DNA from: Rickettsiales bacterium
Lineage (GTDB): Bacteria > Pseudomonadota > Alphaproteobacteria > Rickettsiales > UBA1997
Direction: 5' to 3'
Assembly (NCBI GenBank): GCA_047627215.1
Contig: JBLHTM010000001.1
Coordinates: 2,663-66,662 of the forward strand
Length of the DNA: 64,000 bases
Numbering within the stretch: position 1 is the first letter of the stretch; each line of letters opens with the position of its first letter. A program made the translations under genes and the position numbers. Positions 39,781-50,174 of this stretch are shown piece after piece. The notes below the pieces were generated by a model. It was not told where the DNA came from. It saw nothing but the letters and a program-made list of their open reading frames with translations, and did no database searches.

Positions 39781-42747
39781 CTAAAAACCATACCTAAAAT
39801 AAAGCGAACCTAGTTGTGATTTGTAGGTCGGCTTTTCTTCAACTTCATAATCTATCATCATCAAAATTCCATTTTTCTCATAAATATCTAAGCCAAAACC
39901 ATATTTTAGACTCTCTTTATCGATATTAGAATTTTTAATCCTGAAGCTATAATTTTGACCTTCAAATCTATTCATTGAAGATTGATCACTAGCGAGAAAA
40001 TCATATCCGTAACTGACACTGAATCTTGGCTTAATTTTCGTTGATAGGATTTCCAAATCATCATACCTCAAATCCACCCCAAACCTTCCTTCAAAAGAAT
40101 CATTTTTCTCGTTACTAACTTGCAAATTCAGGGTCCCTGACCCAGTTTCGCTGTAGGTTGAAATTTGATTCCTTGCCATTATTAGGCTGATTCTTGGAGT
40201 TAGGGAAAATCCATAATCAATATTGTTGGTCATTCCACCGTCAAATTTTACCATATAAGTTTCTCCTCCATAATCAGCTTTGGCAATCAGATTCATTTCC
40301 GGCATCGGTCTTATTGAACTGTATTTATTAACCGCAACACCAATAATTGCACTGATAAAATATGGCTTAAAATCATATCCTCCATAAAGATTGAACTGAA
40401 GGCTTTCAATGGCAGTTTCTTTTTTATTAGAACTATTTGATTCAACATTCGCCATAGAAAAACTTGATGAAACTCCGAGTCGTAAATTTTTGGCAATTTC
40501 CTGATCCACACCAACCGCCAAACCTTGAGAGGAATATTCATATCCCATCGAGTCTTCAACGTCATTTTGCGTTGCGGAAGATCCAAATCCTTGAATCCAT
40601 ATCGCCTGATCATCAAAAATTTCATCGTCAAAACTCAATTTATTTAAGCTGGATATGTTTTCTTTTTTTGAAAAATTAGAAAAGTTCTTGGGATTCTTCG
40701 AATTTGGGAAATCACCAAAGTTATTTTTCGATTCTCTTAATAATGAATTTTCCAATCTATTTGAGGTGATATTGATGGAAGATTTTGCCGAATTTAATGA
40801 GCTATTATTTAGATCTTGGTTATTTTGAGGAATTGTAGATTGCAGAGCTGAGGATCTTTGAGAATTGGCGGTTGATGTCCGGTCAATGAATTTTTGCAAA
40901 TTGCGAAGTTCGCCAATTGCGCCTGATCCGATCTTATCAATATTTTGGTATGATTGAGCCGAGAATTTGTTTTTTGTGAAAGTTTCAGCTCCTTTGCGAT
41001 CAACTACAAGGAATAATTCAGATCCATATTTTCTAGTATTGAAAGTGAGCAACCCTGATTGATTTGAAGTTGAATTATTAACATCAATATTGAAGCTGGA
41101 AACCTTATTTACTTCTCCAGAAGATCCAGAAATAATGGCTATTTCAGATCCATCGGATAAATATCCAGAATCAGAATCGTAAGAAATTTGCAGATTAATA
41201 TTTTCACCAACAGCCACATCTCCGGCAGATTTCAAGCTTCCAACATTGGAATTATTCAAAGCATTTATTCTTAAAATATCACCATCAGAAACTGAGAAAT
41301 TACCAGAAATTTCATGATTTGCGCTTCCAAAATCAATAATGGCCGATCCTCCAGAAGTTGATAAATTTCCGGTGATGATTTTTGCAGAATTACCTAAATC
41401 TAAAATTCCTATAATTGAAATATTTTGCGCAGAAATATCAGCATTTGCGGTCAATATATTTCCAGATGAAATATTTAGATTAGCAAGAGATTGATCTTTT
41501 CCAATTTCATAATTGCTGGTGTAATCATGATTAATGTTAAAAGTTCCTTTTCCGGCGCCACTTGCGCGAACAATTCCGTTAATTATTCCACCATTGTAAT
41601 TGAAAATCGCATTCGAATTGAGACGAATTAGCGAATTTGAATCAGCACCAATTGAACCGTTATTTTGAGTCAAAACTGGAGAAACTAATACTGAAGTTGA
41701 AGAGATTGAGCCTTCACCAATATTAATTATGTCGGCATTGAAGGAAATATCATTTTTGATAATTAGTGACGTTTCATTGGAGATCAAAATCTCTGCCAGT
41801 TTTTTATCTTTTCCAAAAGAATCTGCTGGGGAATAACTATTATTTGACCCAGAAAATTGTAAAGTTCCACTACCATTAATTGTACCATTAATATTACCAG
41901 AAACAGTAGAATTTATATTAATGTCTAATTTTGCACCTTCGAAAATATTTATATTATCAGACGTAATAGATTGATAATTGGATTTCAAGGTTCCATTTTT
42001 ACCCTCGCCAACATTAATTGTAGTGGCAATAATACTCTTACCTAATGTCACTGTCGAACCATTATTTACTTTTATTTCTGATAATTCATCTCCATCAATA
42101 TTCCTTATAATATCGAATTTTGTCGTGTCGCTACCAGAAAAAATAAGAGATCCTGAGCCTTCAACGGTTCCAACAATATCACCTCCGCCATAATTCAATG
42201 TGGATCCTGAATTAATCTTCAGAAAAAGCGTATCAATGTTTTTATTTGAGGTATTTAGAGTGGAATTATTAGAAATTTCAACCAAATTTAAAGTTGTTGT
42301 TTTGGTTCCAACACTAGCAAAAAGAGTGTTGTCATTTTTAAAATTAACCGCCCCAACCTCATCAGATTCTCCCCTAATACTTACCTCAATATTTCCCCCT
42401 TCAACTGACAAGGTTGCATTATTGGAAATTTTAACGGTACTAGAAATATCAACATTGCCATTTAGAATTGAATCAAAATCAATGGCAATTTTTCCTGCTC
42501 CAGAAACATTGCCATTTAAGGTTCCTCCATTAAATATTGTGGTTTGATCGGAATTTCCCATGATGATGTTGGCGTCCAAAACACCACCTGAATCTATTGT
42601 TAAAGTTGAATCTGAAGATTCGGAAGATAGGTCAATATCTGAATTTTCTACATTTGATATTATTCGATCAATTGCAAAAGAATTGGATATAAAAAATAGA
42701 AAAAACGAAAGTACAAAAAACGGTAATATTGTGGTAGTTTTTGACAT
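39781..42747 (-). CDS. autotransporter (type Va) outer-membrane protein
   Basis: 988 aa with a signal peptide. N/S/G/I-rich passenger with repeated G.G.L.F.G / N..G.I.G beta-helix-like units. C-terminal ~280-aa beta-barrel translocator (WIQGFGSSATQ... ending ...YFRYGF with terminal Phe). Confidence 0.85.
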   Translation of the reverse strand: MSKTTTILPFFVLSFFLFFISNSFAIDRIISNVENSDIDLSSESSDSTLTIDSGGVLDANIIMGNSDQTTIFNGGTLNGNVSGAGKIAIDFDSILNGNVDISSTVKISNNATLSVEGGNIEVSIRGESDEVGAVNFKNDNTLFASVGTKTTTLNLVEISNNSTLNTSNKNIDTLFLKINSGSTLNYGGGDIVGTVEGSGSLIFSGSDTTKFDIIRNIDGDELSEIKVNNGSTVTLGKSIIATTINVGEGKNGTLKSNYQSITSDNINIFEGAKLDININSTVSGNINGTINGSGTLQFSGSNNSYSPADSFGKDKKLAEILISNETSLIIKNDISFNADIINIGEGSISSTSVLVSPVLTQNNGSIGADSNSLIRLNSNAIFNYNGGIINGIVRASGAGKGTFNINHDYTSNYEIGKDQSLANLNISSGNILTANADISAQNISIIGILDLGNSAKIITGNLSTSGGSAIIDFGSANHEISGNFSVSDGDILRINALNNSNVGSLKSAGDVAVGENINLQISYDSDSGYLSDGSEIAIISGSSGEVNKVSSFNIDVNNSTSNQSGLLTFNTRKYGSELFLVVDRKGAETFTKNKFSAQSYQNIDKIGSGAIGELRNLQKFIDRTSTANSQRSSALQSTIPQNNQDLNNSSLNSAKSSINITSNRLENSLLRESKNNFGDFPNSKNPKNFSNFSKKENISSLNKLSFDDEIFDDQAIWIQGFGSSATQNDVEDSMGYEYSSQGLAVGVDQEIAKNLRLGVSSSFSMANVESNSSNKKETAIESLQFNLYGGYDFKPYFISAIIGVAVNKYSSIRPMPEMNLIAKADYGGETYMVKFDGGMTNNIDYGFSLTPRISLIMARNQISTYSETGSGTLNLQVSNEKNDSFEGRFGVDLRYDDLEILSTKIKPRFSVSYGYDFLASDQSSMNRFEGQNYSFRIKNSNIDKESLKYGFGLDIYEKNGILMMIDYEVEEKPTYKSQLGSLYFRYGF

Positions 42748-42816
42748 ATCTTAATGTGGTGAATTAATATATTGTGGACGAAAAAATGGGCTGTTTTATG
42801 TTTTGGGTAATGTCGA

Positions 42817-44001
42817 TTAATTATGTTTTAATAATATTCTTCCTTTCAAATAAGATTTTCCAAAGATTCGATTAAAATAGCTGCGCGCATTTATGATTGT
42901 ACACAAAAGAAGCATTAAAATAATTGAAATCCACAAACCTTTTGACCCCATCAATTCCATTATTGCTCCTGTAAAAAAAATTCCACAAATATTTCCTATT
43001 AAGCAAATTTTGGCAAAAGCGCTATTAACCGCAAGACGTTGAGTTGGTTTATATTTCTCATTAATCAAAATTAGAGCTGGCAACTTGATGCCAATTCCAA
43101 AACCAAAAAGCAGGAACAACAAGAATGCCATAATTATAAAATCTTGAATGAAGAACAAGAAAATAGCACAAACAAGGGATGATAAAGTTGAAACCATCAT
43201 TAAAAATCGACGATTAATGACATCAGTGACAAAACCCATCGGAATTGAAAAGACAGTACCAAACAACAAAACCGAAAATAATATCGACGCCCTATCAATC
43301 TCTAATCCAATTTGAATTCCATAGATTACCACAAAAGAACTGGCTGCAGCTTGAACGTAATTAAACGTAAAACCTCCAAGCATAATTTTGGGAGAAATTT
43401 TTATGTATCTCATCAATCCAACTTTTTTACTTTCTTTGACAATGCTATTAATATTTATAAAGAGCATCATTGGCAACATTGAAGACAAGTATAAGGCGGA
43501 AGCAACACCATAAGGAAAGAATCCATCTGACCCAATATAATTTATAATAATAGCTCCTAACGAACTTCCTAAAGCCATCAACATCCCACCAATTGAAACT
43601 ATTATTGCTTTGTGATTCGGAGGGGATATTTCAAGAGTTATTGTTTGTCTGATAATTGAGAAAGAGAACAAAACGCCGCCAAAAATAAAAACAACGAGTA
43701 ACCAAAAAAAATATCCGTGATATTGGTACATCAATAAAACCATGGACGCAGCAATCACGATGGAAATTTGAATGGTTTTTAATACACCAATTTTTTTTGC
43801 TATAATTGGCACATATCTAGCAAAAACTACTCCTGCAAAAATTTGCGTTGCCGCTGAAATAGATATGAAAATTTCACTACCGACGAATTCATTCATCTTG
43901 ACGGCAATCAAAACCATCACCATTCCAAAAGGAAGTGAGGAAAGAAAAATTGAGGAATAGACAGAGGTGAGATTTACAGCAAGGCGATTTTTGTTACTCA
44001 T
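42817..44001 (-). CDS. MFS-type transporter (about 12 TM segments)
   Basis: 394 aa and highly hydrophobic. The loop after TM2 (GVVFARYVPIIAKKIGVLKT) resembles MFS motif A. Confidence 0.6.
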   Translation of the reverse strand: MSNKNRLAVNLTSVYSSIFLSSLPFGMVMVLIAVKMNEFVGSEIFISISAATQIFAGVVFARYVPIIAKKIGVLKTIQISIVIAASMVLLMYQYHGYFFWLLVVFIFGGVLFSFSIIRQTITLEISPPNHKAIIVSIGGMLMALGSSLGAIIINYIGSDGFFPYGVASALYLSSMLPMMLFININSIVKESKKVGLMRYIKISPKIMLGGFTFNYVQAAASSFVVIYGIQIGLEIDRASILFSVLLFGTVFSIPMGFVTDVINRRFLMMVSTLSSLVCAIFLFFIQDFIIMAFLLFLLFGFGIGIKLPALILINEKYKPTQRLAVNSAFAKICLIGNICGIFFTGAIMELMGSKGLWISIILMLLLCTIINARSYFNRIFGKSYLKGRILLKHN

Positions 44002-44039
44002 GGTTCATTAAGGGTTTGGAAGTGGTATTTTTTTAGTAT

Positions 44040-45467
44040 TTAATTTACATCAACCATCTTACGAACATCGCTCAAGTGACCATTAATTGCAGCAGCAACA
44101 GCCATCACTGGGCTTACCAGATGAGTCCTTCCTCCCCTACCCTGTCTTCCTTCAAAATTTCTATTAGAGGTGGAAGCACATCTTTCTCCATCTTCCAATT
44201 GATCAGAGTTCATTGCTAAACACATTGAACATCCTGGCTCACGCCATTCAAACCCGGCATCGATAAATATCTTATCCAAACCTTCAGCTTCAGCCTGTTC
44301 TTTAACAAGTCCAGAACCAGGAACAACCATCGCTAATTTAATATTTTTAGCAATTTTTTTACCTTTAGCTACTTTTGCTGCGGCGCGAAAATCTTCAATT
44401 CTTCCATTGGTACAAGAACCAATAAATACTTTGTCAATTTTAATTTCTTCCAGAAGAGTTCCAGACTCCAAACCCATATATTCCAAAGATCTTTTTACTG
44501 CACTTGCCTTTCCTTCATCTTGAAAATCTTTAATAAAAGGAACGGAAGAAGTGATAGGAAGAACGTCTTCAGGACTTGTCCCCCAAGTCACCTGTGGCGC
44601 AATATCATCGGCATGTAAAATTATTGTTTCATCATAAACTGCTCCATCGTCAGATTTTAAAGATTTCCAATATGTAAGTGCTTTTTGAAAATCTTCACCT
44701 TTTGGAGCCAAAGGGCGATTTTCCAAATAATCATACGTCACTTGATCAGGAGAGATCAATCCAGCTCTGGCTCCAGCTTCAATTGCCATATTGCAAATTG
44801 TCATTCTTCCTTCCATTGACAATTTTCTAATCACGTCACCCGTATATTCAATAACATATCCAGTTCCGCCAGCCGTTCCGAGCTTACCAATAACTGCCAT
44901 AGTAATATCTTTTGCAGTAACTCCAAAACCAAGTTCACCATCAATTTGAACTAACATATTTTTAGCTCTTTTTTGTATCAAGGTTTGAGTAGCTAAAACA
45001 TGCTCAACTTCTGAAGTTCCAATTCCAAATGCAAGAGCCCCGAAAGCACCGTGAGTTGAAGTGTGAGAATCTCCACAAACAATAACCATTCCTGGTTGAG
45101 TTAAGCCTTGCTCTGGACCAACAATATGAACAATTCCCTGTTTTTTATCATCTAAATCAAAATATTTGATACCGAATTCTTTACAATTTGCTTCCAATGT
45201 TTCTACTTGTATTTTTGAAGTCGCATCTTTTATTCCAGCGGTTCCATTACCTCTATCAGCGGTTATTGTCGGAACGTTGTGGTCTGCTACCGCTAAATGA
45301 GATTGCGGATTGCGCGGTTTTCTACCTGACATTCTAAGGCCTTCGAACGCTTGTGGAGAGGTAACTTCATGGATCAATTGACGATCAACATAAAGCAATT
45401 GACTAGACCCATCATCGTCGATCAAGTGAGAATCCCATATTTTATCGTAAGTAGTTTTAGCAACCAT
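44040..45467 (-). CDS. leuC: 3-isopropylmalate dehydratase large subunit
   Basis: I prefer the internal ATG at 45467 ([16 protein letters not shown]...). The track start at 45542 would run through the rpsD terminator. Aconitase-family Cys motifs ([20 protein letters not shown]). Confidence 0.93.
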   Translation of the reverse strand: MVAKTTYDKIWDSHLIDDDGSSQLLYVDRQLIHEVTSPQAFEGLRMSGRKPRNPQSHLAVADHNVPTITADRGNGTAGIKDATSKIQVETLEANCKEFGIKYFDLDDKKQGIVHIVGPEQGLTQPGMVIVCGDSHTSTHGAFGALAFGIGTSEVEHVLATQTLIQKRAKNMLVQIDGELGFGVTAKDITMAVIGKLGTAGGTGYVIEYTGDVIRKLSMEGRMTICNMAIEAGARAGLISPDQVTYDYLENRPLAPKGEDFQKALTYWKSLKSDDGAVYDETIILHADDIAPQVTWGTSPEDVLPITSSVPFIKDFQDEGKASAVKRSLEYMGLESGTLLEEIKIDKVFIGSCTNGRIEDFRAAAKVAKGKKIAKNIKLAMVVPGSGLVKEQAEAEGLDKIFIDAGFEWREPGCSMCLAMNSDQLEDGERCASTSNRNFEGRQGRGGRTHLVSPVMAVAAAINGHLSDVRKMVDVN

Positions 45468-45521
45468 TTTGTATTTTTTGTTTAGTGAGGAGCGTTGAAA
45501 ATATTTGCTTGGTGAGTAAGT

Positions 45522-45560
45522 AAAAAAAAACCCCAAGATCAAAATCTAAGGGCTTTTTTA
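45522..45560 (-). terminator. probable rho-independent terminator of rpsD
   Basis: Minus-strand gcccuuagau-uuug-aucuuggggu stem (8 bp with one mismatch and one GU) followed by U9. Confidence 0.45.
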
Positions 45561-45586
45561 TAATCTTCAGGTTTTTATTTAAGAAA

Positions 45587-46204
45587 TTATCTTGAGTAAA
45601 ATTCTGTAATTAAATGCGGTTCCATTTGACAAGCATATGGAACGTCAGCAAATATAGGCTTAGAAAGCAATTTTATTGTTCTTTCATCAGAGTTCAATTC
45701 CAAATAAGGAGGGATATCTCTTTCTTTTTTTTGCAAAGAATCGATAACAATAGCAAGTTCGCGAGATCTTTCTCTAACTTCAACGACATCACCAATTTTC
45801 AAACGAAATGAAGGAATGTTTACTACTTTACCATTAACCATAACGTGCTTGTGGTTAACAAATTGTCTAGCTGCAAAAACAGTTGGAACAAAATTAGCGC
45901 GGTAAACAACAGCATCCAATCTGCTTTCAAGCAAAGAGATGAAGTTTTCACTAGTATCGCCTTTTATTTTTGAAGCAGTTCCGAACATAGTTCTAAATTG
46001 CTTTTCAGAGATATTTCCGTAATAAAATTTTAGTCTTTGTTTTGCTTTAAGCTGAATTCCATAGTCAGTTGGTCTGGTTCTAGTATTGGCGCCATGTTGA
46101 CCTGGTTTAAAATTTCTTTTTATAAAAGGATCTTTTGCTTGTCCCCATAGGCTTGCGCCTAATTTTCTGCTTATTTTCTTTTTAGCGTTAAGTCTTTTAG
46201 TCAT
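45587..46204 (-). CDS. rpsD: 30S ribosomal protein S4
   Basis: 205 aa. Typical S4 N-terminus (KKISRKLG..LWG) and S4 RNA-binding domain. Confidence 0.95.
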   Translation of the reverse strand: MTKRLNAKKKISRKLGASLWGQAKDPFIKRNFKPGQHGANTRTRPTDYGIQLKAKQRLKFYYGNISEKQFRTMFGTASKIKGDTSENFISLLESRLDAVVYRANFVPTVFAARQFVNHKHVMVNGKVVNIPSFRLKIGDVVEVRERSRELAIVIDSLQKKERDIPPYLELNSDERTIKLLSKPIFADVPYACQMEPHLITEFYSR

Positions 46205-46266
46205 TATTAATTTTAGTTATTTTGTAAATAAAGAAGGCGAAAAATATAGTTAGAACTATTGTCTTG

Positions 46267-47196
46267 TCAATCGTTTTTAGTTTTTTTCTTTCTTGGATCT
46301 AGATAGAGTAATATTGGCGCGGAAATATAAATTGATGAATAGGTCCCAACTACAATTCCAAAAAATACCGCTACACTAAAGCTTTTCAAAGCTTCTCCAC
46401 CAAAAATTATCAAAGCGATAAGAGATAGTAAAGTGGCGCCTGAAGTTAATACCGTCCTACTTAAAGTTGAATTCAAACTAAGATTAATAAGGTCAGAAAG
46501 GCTAGCTTTTTTATATTTGTGAAGATTCTCACGAATACGGTCATAAATCACCACTGAATCATTAATTGAGTAACCAATAATAGTTAAAATTGCTGCGATC
46601 GATGTAGCGTTAAATTCCAAACCGGTTAAGGCAAAAAAACCAAAAACCATGGTCGAATCATGTAATAAAGCAGCGATAGCACCAATTCCAAATTGCCAAT
46701 CGAACCTGATCCAGATATAAATCATTATCGCAGCAAAAGAAAGCAGTAAGGCCATAACACCTTTTTTGATCAATTCTTCACCAATTTGAGGTCCGACAAA
46801 ATCAACTTTTCTATATTCAGTACCAGGAAAATTCTTATTAATTATTTTCTTTATACTCTTAATTGTTTGCTCCTGATTGATGTCTTTATTTTGCGCAACT
46901 TTGATCATGAAATTTCGATCGTCAAAATTCTGCAAACTAACTTCTCCAAGATTTTTTCCAATCAATAGGTCTCTAACTTTGGATAATTTTGCACTTTTTT
47001 GAAATTTGACCTCGATCAATATTCCTCCGGAAAAATCAATACCAAGATTTAATCCGCGAGAAAAAACTAATGAGACTGAAGCGATAGTGAGAAGCAGGGA
47101 AAGGATCAATGCCGCCCTATGAATTCTCATGAAACCAATTTTGGTACCAACTAAAAAGTTAGACAAAATTGATTTTCGTGAGAAGTTCTTGAACAT
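46267..47196 (-). CDS. secF: protein translocase subunit SecF
   Basis: 309 aa. GIDFSGG, six TM segments, SINDSVVIYDRIREN motif. Confidence 0.9.
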   Translation of the reverse strand: MFKNFSRKSILSNFLVGTKIGFMRIHRAALILSLLLTIASVSLVFSRGLNLGIDFSGGILIEVKFQKSAKLSKVRDLLIGKNLGEVSLQNFDDRNFMIKVAQNKDINQEQTIKSIKKIINKNFPGTEYRKVDFVGPQIGEELIKKGVMALLLSFAAIMIYIWIRFDWQFGIGAIAALLHDSTMVFGFFALTGLEFNATSIAAILTIIGYSINDSVVIYDRIRENLHKYKKASLSDLINLSLNSTLSRTVLTSGATLLSLIALIIFGGEALKSFSVAVFFGIVVGTYSSIYISAPILLYLDPRKKKTKND

Positions 47197-47209
47197 TGTT
47201 TGGTGGTTT

Positions 47210-47587
47210 TTATTTGGAAGCTCTTGCCGAGGATTTTGATCTTGCTGCTTTAGCTTTCTTAGCTAATGCTTTTTTATCTGCAGTTTTTTTAGATTTAACC
47301 ACTCTTTCTTCAACTGGCTTAGCGTCTTTAATTCTACGAATTGCCGCACCAAGTCTTCCTAGTTTTCTAGCTGCAGTTCCAAGTTTAAAAACTTTCTTGG
47401 TAACGCCTTTCATAAGCTCAGGCTCAAGTTCTTTAAAAGCAACTCTTGCATTTGGCTCATCATTTTTTGTGATAAGATCTTCAACTTTCTTGATGAAAGT
47501 TCTGATTCTGCTTTTTCTAGCTTTGTTAACTGTTTCTTTTGCTTTGCTTGATCTTAAAGCTTTTTTTGCTGAACTGGTATTTGCCAT
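47210..47587 (-). CDS. rpsT: 30S ribosomal protein S20 with a Lys/Ala-rich C-terminal extension
   Basis: 125 aa. MANTSSAKKALRSSKAKETVNKARKSRIRT is a typical S20 N-terminus. About 38 extra basic residues at the C-terminus. Confidence 0.9.
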   Translation of the reverse strand: MANTSSAKKALRSSKAKETVNKARKSRIRTFIKKVEDLITKNDEPNARVAFKELEPELMKGVTKKVFKLGTAARKLGRLGAAIRRIKDAKPVEERVVKSKKTADKKALAKKAKAARSKSSARASK

Positions 47588-47661
47588 TTTTAGGGTATTT
47601 ATTACTAATGATTAATCGATATATTTATGAAAGCGGGGCATGATAAGTGCAAATTATTATT

Positions 47662-48933
47662 TTACAAGATTGATTTTGTAATTTTATCAACTCCATTCAT
47701 ATATCCAATTAATACCTTTGGAACACCAACTGAACCATCGGAATTTTGATAATTTTCTAAAATAGCTACAATAGTTCTTCCAACCGCTAAAGCTGAACCA
47801 TTGAGGGTGTGAACCAATAATGGTTTTTTAGATTCAGGAGTTTTATATTTAGCTTCCAATCTTCTTCCTTGAAAATCTCCACAATTTGAACAGCTAGAAA
47901 TTTCACGATATTTATTTTGACCCGCCATCCAAACTTCTAAATCGTAGGTTTTTTGAGAACAAAAACCCATGTCTCCGCTACAAAGTAAAACTTTACGATA
48001 AGGTAGTTCTAAGCGGCGCAGAATTTCACAAGCAATTTCTGTCAATTTTTCATGCTCTTTTATAGAATCTTCCTGGGTTGTGATGGCAACCAATTCAACT
48101 TTTTTAAATTGATGTTGACGAATCATTCCACGCGTGTCTTTTCCTGCCGCTCCAGCCTCACTTCTAAAACAAGGCGTGTACGCCGTAAAACGAAGTGGTA
48201 ATTCATCAATTTTGAAGGTTTTCTTGGCAACCAGATTAACCAATGAAACCTCAGCAGTTGGAATCAGCCAATAGTCATTAGTGGTTTTAAAAGCCTCATC
48301 AGCAAACTTTGGTAATTGCCCAGAGCGCAACATGGCGTCAGTTTTAACCAAATTTGGTGGCGACATTTCTTGGTAACCAAATTCCCCTGCAATATCAAGC
48401 ATAAGGTTCGATAAAGCCCTTTCCAATTTAGCAAGATTTCCACTCAAAGTAGAAAAACGCGCTCCGGACATTAAAGATGATTGCTCAAAATCTAAAAGTC
48501 CAAGATTTTCACCAACTTCAAAATGTTGCTTTGGAACAAAATCAAAAGTCGGTATCTGTCCCCATTTCTCGACTTCCTGATTGTCATTTTCATCTTTACC
48601 AAAAGGAACTTCAGGTAATGGAGTGTTGGGAATTTGAAGCAATATATTTTTCAGTTGATCATCATAAGAATTTTCTTCTAGACTTTTTATCTCCAAACTA
48701 ATTTCCTTGGATTCCCCCATCAACTCATCAGCATTACCACCACTCTTTTTTAAAGCTCCAACCTGACTAGCAATAAAGTTTTTCTGGCTTTTCAATTCTT
48801 GAATTTTAGTGGTTATCAAGCGCTTATCTTCATCGATTTTAAGCAAATTTATTGCACGAAATTCTTGACCACGATTTGCCATAGCATCATCAAAAGCGGT
48901 TGGATTTTCTCTGATCCATTTAATATCTAACAT
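47662..48933 (-). CDS. serS: serine--tRNA ligase
   Basis: 423 aa. MLDIKWIRENP, class II motifs (FRSEAGAAGKDTRGMIRQHQF, GSALAVGRT). Confidence 0.95.
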   Translation of the reverse strand: MLDIKWIRENPTAFDDAMANRGQEFRAINLLKIDEDKRLITTKIQELKSQKNFIASQVGALKKSGGNADELMGESKEISLEIKSLEENSYDDQLKNILLQIPNTPLPEVPFGKDENDNQEVEKWGQIPTFDFVPKQHFEVGENLGLLDFEQSSLMSGARFSTLSGNLAKLERALSNLMLDIAGEFGYQEMSPPNLVKTDAMLRSGQLPKFADEAFKTTNDYWLIPTAEVSLVNLVAKKTFKIDELPLRFTAYTPCFRSEAGAAGKDTRGMIRQHQFKKVELVAITTQEDSIKEHEKLTEIACEILRRLELPYRKVLLCSGDMGFCSQKTYDLEVWMAGQNKYREISSCSNCGDFQGRRLEAKYKTPESKKPLLVHTLNGSALAVGRTIVAILENYQNSDGSVGVPKVLIGYMNGVDKITKSIL

Positions 48934-49022
48934 TGATTTTATTAAGGTTGGAGTTTAGATTACGGAAATTTAAAAGCGGTTATTTTCAATAACAATCCAC
49001 AACTTTCAATCAATTATTTAAA

Positions 49023-50174
49023 ATGTATTTAGATTCAGTCAAACTATCACAAGAGCTCATCAAACACAATTCACCAAGCGGTGCAAACCTTCCAATATTA
49101 GAATTTCTTGCCAATGTTTTGGCTAATTTTGGTTTCAAAAATGACATCCTAGGATTTGACGGTGACGGATCTTACCCAGTCATCAACCTGCACTCAATTT
49201 ACAATCCAAAGGATTCAAAGAATATGTTCTATTTCGCCGGACACACTGACATTGTCCCTGAAGGTGACGAAAAATTATGGACCCATCCGCCATTTGAGGC
49301 AAAAATTGTTGATGGAATCTTGCATGGGAGAGGGGCTGTTGACATGAAGCCAGCGATTGCCGCTTTTGCCATGGCAGCAGCTAACTTTATCCGCCTATAT
49401 CCAAAGGCGGATTTTGGAATCGGACTTCTGATTACTGGCGACGAGGAAGCTGACGGAGTTAATGGAACCAGAAAAATTCTCCAATGGCTTAAAAAAAATA
49501 ACATGCCAATTTCAGCCTGTATAGTTGGCGAGCCAACCAATCCAAACAAGCTTGGTGAAATGATAAAAGTTGGTCGCAGAGGAAGCGTTAGCTTTGAATT
49601 AAAAATTATCGGAAAACAAGGTCACATCGCCTATCCAGAGAATTTTGACAACCCCAATACCACAATTACAAACGTTCTAAAATTACTAAAAGATCACAAA
49701 TTAGATTCCGGAAATCAATTTTTCGACCCATCAAATCTAGAAGTAACCAATATCCAAACTTCAAATGTTGGTGGAAACGTTGTTCCGGAAGACGTTAAAG
49801 CAAATTTCAACATCAGATTCAACGATGAACACACCTCACAAAGCCTAATCGAATGGGTGAAATATGTTTGCGATAAATCTGCCGGAAAACATGAACTAAC
49901 AACTCGAGTTAGTGGAGAATCATTCATTACTAAACCGGGAATTTTGAGCGACTGCGTGGCCAAAGCCGTCAAAAAAGAAACAGGACTAGATCCAGAACTA
50001 AGCACAACAGGAGGAACCTCGGACGCCAGATTCATCAAAGATTATTGTCCGGTTGTAGAGTGCGGATTGATCAACAAAACCGCTCATCAAATCGATGAAA
50101 ATATCGCCACGATTGATATTCAAAAATTAGAAAAAATTTATTATTCAATATTAGAAAATTATGCTCAAAGATAA
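49023..50174 (+). CDS. dapE: succinyl-diaminopimelate desuccinylase (M20 family)
   Basis: 383 aa. GHTDIVPEG, GRGAVDMK, DEEADGVNGT motifs. Confidence 0.88.
   Translation: MYLDSVKLSQELIKHNSPSGANLPILEFLANVLANFGFKNDILGFDGDGSYPVINLHSIYNPKDSKNMFYFAGHTDIVPEGDEKLWTHPPFEAKIVDGILHGRGAVDMKPAIAAFAMAAANFIRLYPKADFGIGLLITGDEEADGVNGTRKILQWLKKNNMPISACIVGEPTNPNKLGEMIKVGRRGSVSFELKIIGKQGHIAYPENFDNPNTTITNVLKLLKDHKLDSGNQFFDPSNLEVTNIQTSNVGGNVVPEDVKANFNIRFNDEHTSQSLIEWVKYVCDKSAGKHELTTRVSGESFITKPGILSDCVAKAVKKETGLDPELSTTGGTSDARFIKDYCPVVECGLINKTAHQIDENIATIDIQKLEKIYYSILENYAQR

Noticed and set aside
39575-39781. 68-aa minus-strand ORF between the autotransporter and transglutaminase-like genes
   Set aside because: It coincides almost exactly with the 161-bp palindromic element. 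Its open frame is a by-product of the repeat, and the peptide is low-complexity with no signal or motif.
47196-47615. 139-aa plus-strand ORF covering the whole rpsT locus
   Set aside because: It is antisense to a clearly recognisable S20 gene. It is a low-complexity Leu/Ala/Ser/Phe product generated by the complement of the Lys/Ala-rich codons.
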